Assembly (NCBI GenBank): GCA_040285855.1
Contig: JAUFOQ010000016.1
Span: forward strand, 186,001-250,000
Origin: Eukaryota sp. GEM-RC1
Taxonomy: Eukaryota
Direction: 5' to 3'
DNA: 64,000 nucleotides
The position numbers and the translations under genes were made by a program. The stretch's first letter is position 1; every line of letters starts with the position of its first letter. Below the pieces are notes generated by a model. That model searched no databases. It was not told the origin of the DNA and saw only the letters and a list, made by a program, of their open reading frames with translations. This document shows positions 37,754 through 50,615 of this stretch, one piece after another.

Positions 37754-38068
37754 TTAGAATAAATTAATTAGGTGGTTTAGAAACAATTAATTGTGTAATC
37801 AATTTACAGAATATCAAACATTTGTGGTTTTTAAAAAAACTTTTTTTTCGGAAAATACCGTACACACAAGTATGATACATGTACATCAGTTACACAATCT
37901 GAAGCAATGTCACATCAAAAGATTCGATATTAGTGACATGTATGCAAACCACCATACTACTACTAGTAGTAGTATACCGAAGATATACATTCCAGTTGTA
38001 AGTTCTGTATTCTAAACTCGAAGACCTTCTGTTAGTGAAGCCCTCCCAATACTAGGTTTCTTTTCCTA

Positions 38069-39008
38069 ATGAGTTCCCTCTACATACTACTACTGATATG
38101 GTCAATACCACTAGTTTTGGCCAAGAAAGACCCACTCTACACACACTTACCTCCCTACAAGAATAATAAGTTCCCTGCACCTTTCACCTCTGCTGACTTT
38201 GACCGATTCCCCATGCATCCTTTGCCATCTACTAAACCTCCCAAAGTCAAACATCAACAACTCTCCCTTCAAACCGCATCATCTGGTGATTACGTCATCG
38301 CCAACGTTTTGACTGTTGAGAATCCAATCGATTCCATTAGAATCCTACCTCCTCCTGGTGGATGCGGAACATTATCGTCTGTCCTTGAATCAAATAAATT
38401 CTATAACTGCTCACATGGCTTCAATGGTGGGTTTTTCGACATGGTGCAAGGTTTCTGCATTGGCTACCTAGTGTCAAACTCTCGCTTTGTCAATTCTCAA
38501 GGTACTGGTAACTCTTTATTCGGCCTCACAAGTGACAATCACTTTGTTTCAGGCTACCTTGATGACCCTACTATTAAAAAAGATGGTATCTAGTCGAAAC
38601 CTTACTTTTGCTGTCCAAGGGATCACCTGGCTGGTAAGAAAAGGGGAGGTCTACATTGAAGAATCTATTGCCAAAGAGAAACCTTCTTCTTCTTTTGTTA
38701 ATTTGATTGCTCCCAGAGTAGCAGTTGGTCACGACATAGACGGAAGGTTGATTATGGTTGCAGTTGATGGATTTGAGCCTTTAAAGTACGGTATTGATCT
38801 GTATGACTTTGCTATTCTTTGTAAAGACCTTGGAATGGTTTCTAGTGTGAATCTCGATGGTGGTGGTTCTTTATCAGCTATTATTAATAGTAGGATTAGG
38901 AATAGTTGTTCAGACGGATGTACTGAAGAAAAGAATGAACTTTGTCCGATTCCGTTTGGTGGAAGTAAATGTTTGAGGAAAGTTTCTAGTTTTGTATGTA
39001 TAGGGTAA
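38069..39008 (+). CDS. Secreted NAGPA-like phosphodiester glycosidase
   Basis: Signal peptide; NGGFF, APRVAVG and NLDGGGS motifs, Cys-rich end (CLRKVSSFVCI); two ORFs joined by removing one A at 38576-38581. Confidence 0.85.
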
Positions 39009-40039
39009 ATTCAAATGTATTGGCGTTTTCTTTATTGAGTTGATAAATTTTTGAATTGTTAGTCTGATCGGGAACCAACGAGGTTGAGATGATCCTATAA
39101 TACTAGTAAGTACAAAGATGAATTTGTTGAGTTCCGTTTATTTTCATCTATTTTACTGAATTAACAACACATCACTGAACAGTCATTATGAACAAACTTG
39201 AAATGAAATCATTGTGTTTATATAAATATGAGTTTAGTCTAGGTACTGTACAAGGAAATTATTCTGCCCGAAAAGAAGAAGAACTCTTTAGTCCTTGTAA
39301 GTAGACTATTTAACAAATGTGAATACCGATTACTGTTACGAAGTAAGAAACAAAATGTACAGATTAATGAGAACAACAACATTATTCTCTACAATATAGT
39401 TATAAAAACAACATACTCAAAAAACCTAAGATTTGAGTTCATTAAAAAACACCTAGCACTATCAAATATCACAACAACTTTATCCTCATAAAACAAACTC
39501 ACAGCAAGTAAAGCTTTGGATATGATCAGTTGAATTGTTTTAAAAAAAAGAAAAAACGATCCGATAACCACAGCATATGATGAAAACGTCTTTTTATGCT
39601 ATTTTTTTTACTATTTTCACGAAAGCGTTTAAAAAATTCAATGTACTTTTTCCTAGACGGCCGTAGAATGATACATCAAAAGGACATTATTCGTAGTCAA
39701 CACGTTTTGCAAGTTTCAGCCATCAATTTTGTTTATAATTATCCAGTTTGGCTTGTTCAGAATTGTCTAAAGGTGAAGAGTCAAAATAAGCATATTAAAC
39801 ATGTTTTTTACAAATTATGTCAATTTCAAATAATGGTCGACTTGGCAAAGATTCTCTTTGTTTTCTCTCTGATTTTGAGAAAGTTGTCAATAAACGAATG
39901 AACAAGAAATTTGATTTTAAGTTTTGGTTGAATCTTAATAAGATTATCTTATTGTCTTCACAATACTTAAATCAATACCTGTTATGATTTCGAAAGCTCT
40001 ACTGACTCTCGAAATTTTGTATGAAGAAACAGCTTATGT

Positions 40040-40480
40040 GAGTTTGAATGGCAATGAATGCTGCTTTAATGATATTGAGCGCTAGTTTTTGTACTTGTGG
40101 TACTGTTTTTGTTCTGTAAAATCGACCATTTCAATAAGTATTCTGTAAGTATGCTTTTGTGCGGACATCCACATCCACTACATTAACAACATAATTTAAA
40201 TCTTAATTTGTCTGAATGAGAAGTGTCAACAACATCTGCTCTCCGTTTACCAAACAATTGCTTCTGTATTTCGTCATTACAAATTGTTTAATTATAATGA
40301 TAAGAAGTGGTTCAACAAGTGATTCAATTTTGTAAGACTTACACACCTCATGTAAAACACCATTCAAATAAGAACGAACGACCATCCTGAACAGAAAATA
40401 TGTTCTTCGATTACACGCAGACCAATTAAACAGACCAATACAATCACTACAAAGTGGGACGAATTCGACAGGATAAAAGG
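40040..40480 (-). mobile_element. Degenerate RLE-type non-LTR retrotransposon remnant
   Basis: CKSYKIESLVEPLL...FGKRRADVV...VDVDVRT matches the EP...RxD...D nuclease layout. Confidence 0.6.
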
Positions 40481-40582
40481 ACTGGAAAAGAACACATTGA
40501 ATCATTATCTTGATATACATATATATGAATGGTGAATTATCAAAAACTACCAACGATAATTGCCTAACAAAATAAAAGGGGA

Positions 40583-41803
40583 TTAGCAAATGATTCGTCC
40601 ATTTGATTTTTTCTTGATGATATCTCGTGTATGAACATTTTGAATTAAGTTACCAAGAAGGGAAATTCTAGTAACAGTAGTATTGAGTGTTAATGATTCA
40701 GCAAGAAACAGGGCACCTTCATCACTGATAGAATTTTTACTTAAGTCAACTAGACGTATCGATGAATTGAGTTTTAAAGCTTCACCAATTGCTATAACTC
40801 CTTCATCACTCACTTGGTTATAACTTAAGTCTAAAACTACAAGTTTTGAATTAACCTTTAATGCTTCAGCTACTGCTTTTAACCCTTTAACTCCAATAGA
40901 GTTATCACCCAGACCAATCTCATAAATAACTGAATTGGTCTTTAATACATTGGCTATCGCTATGGCACCTTGATCACCAATGGGGTTAGAACTTAAATCA
41001 ATATTAGTAAGGGCAACATTTACTGAAAGGGCTTCGGACAACGCCAGAGCACCTTTAGAAGTGATTCGATTTGCTAATAGCATGATTTTAGTAACTGTGG
41101 TATTGCTCTTCAAGGCTGAAGCTAACGTAATCGCACCTCTATTGCCCAAAGAGGCGTATTCTAGATCAATTGCAGTGATGGTATCATTGACAGCTAACGC
41201 TCCAGCAAAAGCAATAAAGCACTGATGATTTACAGAAAAATAGCTGTATAGAAGTGACCTAACACGGGGCAGGTAAAGAAGAGATGAAGGTTTAAGAAAA
41301 TCAAAGTGGGGTGTGTTTCTCTTTAATCTTAAGCCAGTAATTAAGTGAGAATATTTGGAAAAATCTGGCTCTCTATATAAACCCAGACAAAGAAAGACAG
41401 AATTCACTTCAGCATTAAAGAAGGAAGCAAAAGCAAAGAGTTGATGAAATTCTGTCATGACGTCATCATCATCAACAGAAGGGGTGTATGTTTGAAGAAG
41501 AACTTTTACTGAAATAAGAGTAGATTCAAAGAAACGTTGGCTGACGTAAGCAACTTTTTGAAGGAAACATGGCAGTAGTTTGCGCAGACCTCCAAAATAA
41601 AAGCACCGTTCATCTAAGAAATGAGTTGATTTCATTAGAATTCTTAGCATGTTGGTGATAATATTCACCAATAAAGACTGCTGAAAATACATTGGAGTAA
41701 ATGGAAGATCATCTAGGTAAGTGGTTCTGGTGGCTGGTTGAGAGAATGACGAACTTGAAAGCTCCATCAAGGATGCAGGAAAAAACGAAATCACCAATTC
41801 CAA
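40583..41803 (-). CDS. RI/NLRC3-type LRR protein, paralogue of 13248-14957
   Basis: Same N-terminal domain (DDLPFTPMYFQQSLL...FASFFNAE), about 7 LRR units, ends GRIIC like the paralogue's GRILC. Confidence 0.9.
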   Translation of the reverse strand: MELVISFFPASLMELSSSSFSQPATRTTYLDDLPFTPMYFQQSLLVNIITNMLRILMKSTHFLDERCFYFGGLRKLLPCFLQKVAYVSQRFFESTLISVKVLLQTYTPSVDDDDVMTEFHQLFAFASFFNAEVNSVFLCLGLYREPDFSKYSHLITGLRLKRNTPHFDFLKPSSLLYLPRVRSLLYSYFSVNHQCFIAFAGALAVNDTITAIDLEYASLGNRGAITLASALKSNTTVTKIMLLANRITSKGALALSEALSVNVALTNIDLSSNPIGDQGAIAIANVLKTNSVIYEIGLGDNSIGVKGLKAVAEALKVNSKLVVLDLSYNQVSDEGVIAIGEALKLNSSIRLVDLSKNSISDEGALFLAESLTLNTTVTRISLLGNLIQNVHTRDIIKKKSNGRIIC

Positions 41804-42065
41804 ATTGGCCTAGATCAATACGTGTGACCAACTTTTTCTTATACGTGTGACAACTACTGTACAATGTACATAGCAATGGTTCTCAACTTTCTATGTGTTA
41901 CTTCTTTCGCAACAACTTGATTTGTAGATGATGATACATCAGCAGTCGACAGAAAACTTGTCGACAGTGATTTGTTTGACCTCATTTGAAGGAGACTTTC
42001 TTCTTTTGTTCTAAATAACATACATGAAAATCTTTAGACAAAAGATCTCCTTGAGTGTTCTCATT

Positions 42066-42680
42066 CATAGTTGGGAAATACACCACCTCCGAAAATAAAA
42101 TACAAAAAATACAAAAAGATACAAATTTAACATAATTTTATTTTGGTATTTGCTTTTGTTGAAATATTTGAAATACCGCTTAATATCAACAATCAATGTC
42201 ACTTTCGATTAGCTCTCAATCCTGAGACATGATCAGATTCTACATTCTGATTTACCACTCACATTGAGTGTTTACATTTTGCAAAGTGTATCTGGAACTT
42301 TCATCATCTCAAATTCGGTGTCGTTGATTGCGTATTTTGATCACGTCTCAATTATAAAACAATCTTAATTAATTAGTCCATCTATTTTACGACCAATTCA
42401 AAGGCACTGGGCATAACCAAAATGTGTTTCACAGAAGAATACTACGAATGTTGTGTTTGTTAAGTAGATTCATTACTTAATGTTAATGGATTATGGACTA
42501 ATCAGTTGTTCTGATAACTGAAACATGCATATTCGAGGCATATGACTACTTGGAAAGTCAAAATTAACTTTCTGAAAAACATACAAAAAATACAAAAACA
42601 ACGCTTAAAACCGAATTTAAAAAATACAGAAAAATACAAAAAAAAACAAATAATACACAAAAGTGTATTTCCCAACTATG
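42066..42680 (+). mobile_element. hAT-type non-autonomous element (family E), 615 bp
   Basis: 18-bp perfect TIR CATAGTTGGGAAATACAC; 8-bp TSD TTCTCATT (42058-42065 and 42681-42688); AAATACAAAA subterminal repeats. Confidence 0.95.
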
Positions 42681-43215
42681 TTCTCATTGGTGTAGATCAG
42701 TCCTTTTACAGGATGACCTCCTTTGTAAACACAAACTTGTTGAACTTATCTCCAATGACTCGGAGCTGGCTGTAAGTGTCTCTGATATATGGTCAAATCG
42801 AGACACTCTTTCGTTATCGAATCATATTCAACAGCTGGGTTCTACTCGTCTCGTTTGGAACATGATCACGTGATCTTTTACAAAGCCTGTTGATATCAAG
42901 CAGAATTTCATTACTTTCCCTTCCAATGTGATGAGTGTGCAACTGCTCTGTTACCTCAATTTTGTGCTTTCATGAGATTCCCTTTTATGTCAACTTCTGT
43001 GCGTTGAATCAATCACAACAAAGCTAACACGATGTTTCACACATAACATGCATTGCTCTTTCTGTATATATAAAGATGTTTTCGGTTGATCTCCAAAATT
43101 CATGATCGAAATTCAAATTCTGTCATCACACTTATAAGAAATCTGAAATTCCAAATTCAAATTCTGTCACACAAACTTCCCCACACAAAAATTTGATATG
43201 GGATAAACCTTCCAA

Positions 43216-43482
43216 ATGCTTCTTGATCCTGACATTAACTTGCGTGACCTTAAGTGTCATGCATCGGAAGATACCAAAGTTCAAGCCATCTACACTTACT
43301 TGGGGTTTGAGAAAACCCAAGCTGAAGTAGCGAAGTACTTCTTAATAGATCAATCCATTCTGTCACAGTGGTTGTTGAACGCTTTTGTTCCAATAACCGA
43401 TTCCGATGTTCATACAAGAGTTACTCTGTTAGTAGATGACATTGTGCTTTATAAAAGATGTTCTGAACACCAGTATTTGTAA
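43216..43482 (+). mobile_element. Tc1/IS630-like transposase N-terminal HTH relic
   Basis: HASEDTKVQAIYTYLGFEKTQAEVAKYFLIDQSILSQW has an HTH pattern; no DDE domain follows. Confidence 0.5.
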
Positions 43483-43689
43483 TATCTTTATTTATACGAA
43501 ATGGTCATTCATCAAAGGGATAATAGTGGATTTTTGTAACTACTGTACATGTACAAAATTTAACTAACTTCTATCCCTCATGAGCTTACTCATGAGATCA
43601 TGAAAATGTATTTATGCATTTGGAATGAAATTGACAGAATCAGTGGATGCAACTAGAAGTTTGTGTGTTTGTTCTTTTGTTTTACCAAA

Positions 43690-43867
43690 GCTAAGAAAAA
43701 AACTCGTTGCAACCTAGTTGTTATTGGTCACGTACATGCAGAAAAATCTACAACAGCTGGACAGTTGATCTACAAATGCGAAGGTGTTGATGATCACACT
43801 ATCACTCAATTAAAAAAAAGAAACTAATGATCTTGGTAATGGATTTTTTAAGTACGCTTGGGTGATT
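43690..43867 (+). pseudogene. EF-1alpha 5' fragment
   Basis: [33 protein letters not shown]...GFFKYAWVI versus canonical [32 protein letters not shown]...GSFKYAWVL; broken P-loop, no start codon. Confidence 0.9.
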
Positions 43868-44309
43868 GGTGCATATATTAATGTATTGTTGCAAATAAAT
43901 TTCAACTTTTAAATTCGAATAAAATTTGGTTTTCGACTAACACGCCAATTCTTTTGGAATTTATAGGTACTATAGAATAATAATGTAGTATAATTGTACA
44001 AGTATATGCACTTTGGACAAAGATTTAAGCATTCTGAACGGCACTCATAGATTATGATGTTGATGAGATCAAATTTTCCATCTGATCAGTCCACCAATTG
44101 GTTCAAAAGTAGAAATAATTATAGAAAATGTAATAATTTTAGTTTCGAAATTTAAAAAAACTGAGGTCTAGTCTTTGGAGTAATAAACTACCCTAACTAA
44201 AAATTGATTGACTATACCAAACTTCATAAAGTAGAGTAATAGAGAAACCACAGTAACAATCATACAAAAAGGCAACCAACAAAAAACCACAATAATGAAT
44301 TGAAAAACA

Positions 44310-45187
44310 CTAACATATTTCAACAACACTATCTTTCACATACTTCTTCAAAACTTCCTTAACATCAGTCTTACATCTAACCACATCACTTGAGACTGAC
44401 GAAACCTTAATTCTAACATACGCTATTCTTTTCCTGCTACTAACTCCCAGAACCTTAGGTCAACAACCTGCACAACATCATGGACAGTATTGATGGCTCT
44501 TTCAACTGATGATCTTTCAACACTCTCTGGATTAATTAACAACAAGCTCTTACTAGAACTTTTAAGTAAGGGAATTGCCGAACTAGAAATTAAAAAAGAA
44601 ATTCCTAGTGAAACCAGTGGATCCGCCATCATCCACCCTTTCTTCATCACTGTAACACAAGCAATCACCACCCCAACGGATCCTAAGGTGTCAGCCAACA
44701 CGTGGAGGAAAACTCCTTTCATGTTGTGGTGGTGGGAGTCATCCTGACAACCTGCATGGGAGTGGTGGGAGAAAGAGAAAACACCCACGAGGTTGACAAG
44801 AAGGCCTAGGATAGCAACAGTGAGAAGTTCAGGTAGTCGGGTGACGTCGGGAGGAGAGAGGACACGTAGAAAGCCTTCAATAAGAAGGAATGCTGAGACG
44901 AAGAGGAGGAGAACTGAGTTGACGAAAGCAGCAAAGATCTCTGTTCGCACAAGTCCGAAAGTAAAGGTGGAGCTCGGAGGTTTAGAGGAAAGATGCATGG
45001 CATATAAAGATACTAGAAGAGATAGGCAATCAAAAACCATGTGAAAAGCATCAGAAATCAGAGCTAAAGAGTTTGTCAGAACACCATAGATGATTTCCGC
45101 AAACATAAAGATGAAGTTGAGAACAAGGAAAACCCAGAGTCTAGTCTGATCAGATCCATGTGAGTGGTGGGAATGGGAGTGTGACAT
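44310..45187 (-). CDS. CDF-family zinc transporter (ZnT5/7, Msc2-like)
   Basis: SLALISDAFHMVFD, His-rich loop, HVLADTLGSVGV; C-terminal domain extends to TAG at 44310-44312 after adding one A near 44429-44432. Confidence 0.92.
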
Positions 45188-45482
45188 GGATCTGAAGAAG
45201 TAAAAGAGGGTTTCTCAGATTTTAATTACATTGTAGTTTGATTCAACGTATTTGAATCAGACTGTTATTATACGCGTTGTACAGCCAATGTTTCAAAGGT
45301 AGTATTGTGTCTCAAACTTCGAAAAACAACTTGAAGAAGACGGTTTTTGAAAGCGAAATTGCAATACAATGGAAATAGCAATCTCATAATAGTAGAGTGA
45401 TTAGCATTCTTTAAGTTGACAATCGCTTAAGGTCCACGAAACAACATTCTTGTTGTGCAGGTAAAAATTTTGTCCTCCCAAA

Positions 45483-45779
45483 ATGTCCATTGAGGAGAAG
45501 TTTGTTACTCTGGTCTCTCCGGATGGCTATGAATTTGTTCTACCATTCGAGGCCACTCTGTCTAGTAATCTTATCCGTAATATTCTCTATGCAAATGTAA
45601 AAGAATCAGTCAATAGGAAGATAGACCTTCCTGAGATTCCTTCCCCTGTTCTCTCTATAGTCTCTCGTTACATGTTGTATAAGTACATTTATTCTTCTGC
45701 ATCAGTTAGACCTGAATTTACCATTCCCCCTAGTCTCTCTGTTGGAGTCCTTAAAGCTGCACACTATTTGGAACTGTAG
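45483..45779 (+). CDS. ELOC: Elongin C (SKP1/BTB fold)
   Basis: VTLVSPDGYEFVL, EIPSPVLSIVSRYMLYK, PEFTIPP, LKAAHYLEL; 98 aa. Confidence 0.88.
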   Translation: MSIEEKFVTLVSPDGYEFVLPFEATLSSNLIRNILYANVKESVNRKIDLPEIPSPVLSIVSRYMLYKYIYSSASVRPEFTIPPSLSVGVLKAAHYLEL

Positions 45780-45935
45780 TCCTCTCTCCGTGTTTGTGTC
45801 ACATGTAATATAAACGAATGTTGATGATGATGACTTCCTGACTTTCATTCTGTGAGTATTATCTAGATGTTCTTCTTTGAATCACTGTGGTATTTCTCAA
45901 CGTTTTCATTTTATTGAGCTAAAATTCATTTTCCA

Positions 45936-48756
45936 ATGACTTGGAGTCCATCACAACAAGGAATAGACACTTTAACAAACATTCTTAAGCAATCTCAGGT
46001 TCCCGATGAAACTGTCCAACAACAACTCTTGCAACAACTAAACCACTTCAGTAAAACTGTTCCTGATTTTCCCCTATATTTGGCTTTCATACTTTCGCAC
46101 TCAACTGAAGTTGATGTATCCATACGTCAAACTGCTGGACTAGTCCTTCGTGGTCATATTGCTTCTCATTTCTCCAAAGATGTGACAGTGCCTGCCGAAC
46201 TGCAAACTTCCCTTCTACATTTAATACTTGAAGGTCTCAAGTCATCTAAGACTTTTCTTAGAGATGTTGCTGCTTCATGTCTTTCTTCGCTCTTTCCCTC
46301 TCTCACTTCCCCTGCTCAACTCTTCTCTGTCCTGATTCATCGCCTCAAGGGCAGTGACACCATGGATGCTTGTTTTGGAGCTCTGTTAGCCATTAGAAGG
46401 TTTGCTGAGGACAATCCTTCACTTTTGTCCCAACACTTCTCCCCAGATCTTCTTACTCCTCTAATCGCCTTTCTTTCCACCAACTATCTTTTCTTCCAAA
46501 CCCATGCTCTTGCCACCTTCCGATTCCTTCTTTCTTTCACCACCATTCCGATTCCTCTCCGTTCTTCTCTCTCCACTCTTGTCCCTATCTTCATTTCCCT
46601 TCTCAATGATGCTCAAGATGCCAACAGACAAGGTTCAGTTTCTGTTATTCTTGCCATCATCAACAACCACTCGATGTTCATTGAAGCTCATATCTCTGAT
46701 CTTACCAATAACTTAGTCAAACTTATTCAGTATGATGACGAAGCGATTGCCTGTGAAGCAGCAGATGCCATAACTTTTCTTGCTTGTACTCCTGAGCTCT
46801 CAGAATCAGCAATCGCATCATCACTTTCCTCTTTGATCCCTGCCTTATTCAAAAGAATTCCTTTTTCTGAATTTGACTCTTACCAAGCTATTGAACGATC
46901 TCAAGAAACTATCGACACCCCTGACGATGAAGCTTCTGTTGCTCACGAGATTTTAACTGGACAGACTTTAAGTGACGATTCTGGGGACTTAGGTTTTTAT
47001 TCTTGTAGAAATGCTTGTTGTGGATGTTTAGATATGGTTTCAATGGTTCATCGTGAGACTATCTTGCCTTTCTTGATGCCTGCATTGACTCAGTCGATGT
47101 CGTCATCTGATTGGACGAAACAGGAAGGTGCATTGCTGGCACTAGGAGCTGTTGTCAGTGGTACTTGTGATGGTCTAATCACTCAACTCGGTGAGATTAT
47201 CCCTTACTTGATCAACATCCTTACTACTTCCACTTCAAAGAACCCTACTAAAATCATGGCTTCGTGGGTGTTGTCTAGGTTCATTGCAGTGATTATTAGA
47301 GCTCGTAATTCTGACCTGATGACGAGTCTAGGTCAGATCTTTACTTGTTGGATTGATACGCTCAAAACGTCTCAATCAAAGGAAGTCATTAGGTCAGCAG
47401 CTTCTGGATTGGCTCAATTGATTGCTGTGATGTCATCTCAGTGCCCACTTTCCCAAACAGAAGAGATCATCAAAATCACTGTGGACGTGTCTCTTTCCAC
47501 TTTTGAGCGTTGTTTTAATGCAGTTAGGCCACTGTCGACCTTGTTGTACCTTTGGAACTGCATTGCTGAATCTCTTGCTGGGAAAAAGTTTACTGAAGAG
47601 TTTAGGAATGAAATAATGTCTAAACTTTTAAAATTCTTGGCTGGTCTAGTGTCGAAGTCCCAAAACTTGTCAAATATTTTAAGTTTCTGTATCGCGGATT
47701 GTCTAGTTGTTCTGCTGTCAGTACCTTCATCTGCATCTCAACAATTTGAAAAGAATTTGACTCTTTCTTTACTAATTGTATTTCTTTTGTATTAAATAAT
47801 TTTAAATCTGGGAAAGAACAATCAATTTCAGTCCATAATTATTGTGCCACGCTAACTGACGCATTGAGCGCTGTAGTAAAGTGTTCTTCATCACAATGGT
47901 TTTCAGCCAATTATTTGAAATATTTCGAAATATTCTTCGCAGTCTGTTCTATATTTGAAGACAGTCGTCCTGACTCTGATACGGCCAAAGCTTCCACTCT
48001 GGCTTTCTGTGGTGACGTTCTTAGCACAATCAACAAGTTTATTGAGTTGGATATTAGATTGGAACTTACATCAGATCTCTTTTGTCAAATATCAAAAAGA
48101 TTCTAAATTTCTGTCTTTTAAATTTGAAGTTGGTCGCTGATTCATTTTCTGAGCTTTATGACCCTTCCAGTAGCTTCTATAATTGTGCTTTAAATGCCGA
48201 TTTTTTCATTCTTCAAGTTTTTAATTTCTATGAGCGAATTCACTCCTTTTCATTTTATTGTCCTTTAATAGAACCACTGAAACAGATGTTAATTGGCATT
48301 TTGTCGGAATTGTTTTCAGTGTATCAAATATTTTTAATTAATCAGCGTGCGGAAGCTTCTGACCGAGAACATGTGTGCATCGTCTTATCAAGAATCGTAA
48401 AGACTTTCCCCTTGACTCTGATTGACCAACGTCCCAGTTTAATTACAAATTGGATATTCTGTCTTCAAACTTTAAAATCACGGAATGAAATTATACAATC
48501 TCAGCATAATTGTGCGAATTTAATATTGACAGTGTTTAATCTCTGTACCAATAGTCAAAATATTGAAGCAGGGGAATCAATTCAACTTAAGAGTAGATTA
48601 AAATCATTTGTTTTTAAGACATTTCCAGCTTTAATTGAGGCTTGTAAGTCGATTATTTCAGATAGGAGGTCGTTGGTTAATGCAATTAAGTTTATTTCAG
48701 AGTTTGTTGAGTTAACGGAGTCTGAGTCTAATCGCCTTTTGACTTTGTGTAATTGA
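45936..48756 (+). CDS. TNPO1: Transportin-1 (karyopherin beta-2)-like HEAT-repeat importin
   Basis: N-terminus WSPSQQGIDTLTNILKQSQVPD, RQTAGLVL, EGALLALGAV; three ORFs joined by adding one A at 47749-47752 and at 48094-48098. Confidence 0.85.
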
Positions 48757-48794
48757 ATAAATTCCGATTAAATCAAATTAGTGTCTAATTTATC

Positions 48795-50425
48795 AACAAA
48801 TATGTACAACCGGCGCATCCACACAAGAAGCAGGCAGGTTCAGTTGTGGAATAGATTCACAATGTGCTCACCCTCTAAACGTGTGCGGATACCGTCATCA
48901 TCAATACACCAGTTTGTTCTGTCGTGTTTTTTACCCATACTGTGAGTTGTACATTCATCGTGTTCTTGATCCTTTCAACATTTGCAATGTCCAGATTCCA
49001 GTTTGGAAAGCCTAGATCTTCAAACATCTTAACCCACTCACAAGGAGTATCTTCGAATTCAGAGGACTCACAAATGTACTTCGTGCAGATGATGGTCAAC
49101 TTCATTGTAGATGAATGCAGATGTTTCTTGACAAAAGATTTGTTCATCAGTACCATAAGATTCACTCATAAGCTTGTTTGGTAGATTGAAGTAGAGATGT
49201 CCCAAGGATGGCCAATCTAGGGAGAATTTGTTAGATTCTGGCCAATGAGGAACATGGCATTCAGTTGGAATGTTGAACAAATCAGAGTTGGATGAAACAT
49301 CCTCAAAATTAGTGAACCAGAAGGAGGAAGAGGACCCACCCCGGACCCCCCCACTAATCATACAGAGCTTTCGAACATAGCCCTCAGCATAGTACACTTC
49401 ATAAGCCATCACAGAATCTTCCTGTACATAAGTAGGTTTCAATTTCATTGACGGTCTCTTTGATTCCTTAAGTGACGTGATTACTGCCTATACAGAAGAC
49501 CTTTACAAAATCTTGATAGAACAAATCATGGTCTAATCGACAGTCTGATGAGGTGTTTTCATAAGAGTATTCAACACCTGAAGCAAAAAGTTTAGAGTTA
49601 AGTTACATACCTGTCTTATCATGTTTTTCTGAGATGGAAAATTCCAAGAATCTTTCAAGACTGAGATCAGCACCAATGGTGGCTGCTATATCAACAAAAT
49701 CCATTTGAAAAAATCGAACTTGGACTTCTGGACATTGATAATCAACTGAAAGCGCTGTTGTGTCTGGATTCCATTCGTCATCGACAGTAAAAGTTAAGCA
49801 ACTATCAACTTCTGTTTCGTGTTCACACATAATCACTGTAGACCGGAATCTAGGCATACACACAGGCCAATTGAGTTTTGGTAGAGGGTACATGTCTTTT
49901 CGTCTCCATAGGTTCGTTGACCAACTTCAGAATCATGTTCTGCATCAACTGTGAGCATTTGGGCGGTAAATGGAAGTGACAGAGTTTTGAATGAATCTTC
50001 ATGGTGACAGACAGACCCTAGACTCAACAATTGACCCTCTAGAATGAAATAACCTTGTGTAAAAAGCAGATATTCTGTAGAGAGTGGCGTTGAATTGACA
50101 GCCTGGACAAGAATGCTCCCAATAGAGGTTTCAACAACGATGTTGTGTTGGATCCCATCAATAGTCAGGGTAATGGCAAACGGGTTTGACTGGGGAGTGT
50201 TGTTAGGATTTGTATCATCAAAGTTGTTTTGAATAAAGGATGGCAACAATAAAGATCACAGCGACCATCAACAGTGCCAACACCGCTAAACCAATCAGCC
50301 ACAGAAGCTTTATACTGAAATATAATTGTTCTGCTCTTTCCAAATCCTATCTTAGTCACAGTTTGTTTCCAGAATCCGGGTAAAATGTACAATCTTCTTG
50401 AATTCAAACGGGATCTGGAACTCAA
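48795..50425 (-). pseudogene. Fragmented gene for a secreted Cys-containing protein, possibly with ependymin-related-like domains; probable 33-nt intron at 49578-49610
   Basis: Six consecutive minus-strand ORF fragments; repeated domain-end motifs FTNF...DLFNIPTEC and LNLPASC; GTATGT...TTCAG intron removes an in-frame stop. Confidence 0.4.
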
Positions 50426-50434
50426 GATGCAGTA

Positions 50435-50501
50435 CAGTCTACCCTCTGAATAGTGACACCCTCTATATAGTGACTGCTGCAGCTATTCAGAGGGTAGACT
50501 G
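50435..50501. mobile_element. 67-bp Tc1/mariner-type mini-MITE
   Basis: 19-bp perfect TIR CAGTCTACCCTCTGAATAG, flanked by TA on both sides. Confidence 0.9.
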
Positions 50502-50615
50502 TAAATTGAAAAAATCAGTAGATATTGATTGTCAACTGTAAAGATGTCAATGTCAACACCTCAGATGTCTTTAGCACTACCAAACTCATAATACTATATC
50601 CCCAACACATTGCAG

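Noticed and set aside
256..48098. Euplotes-like programmed ribosomal frameshifting
   Set aside because: Shifts occur in both directions and in A, T and C runs, with no shared slippery-plus-stop motif.
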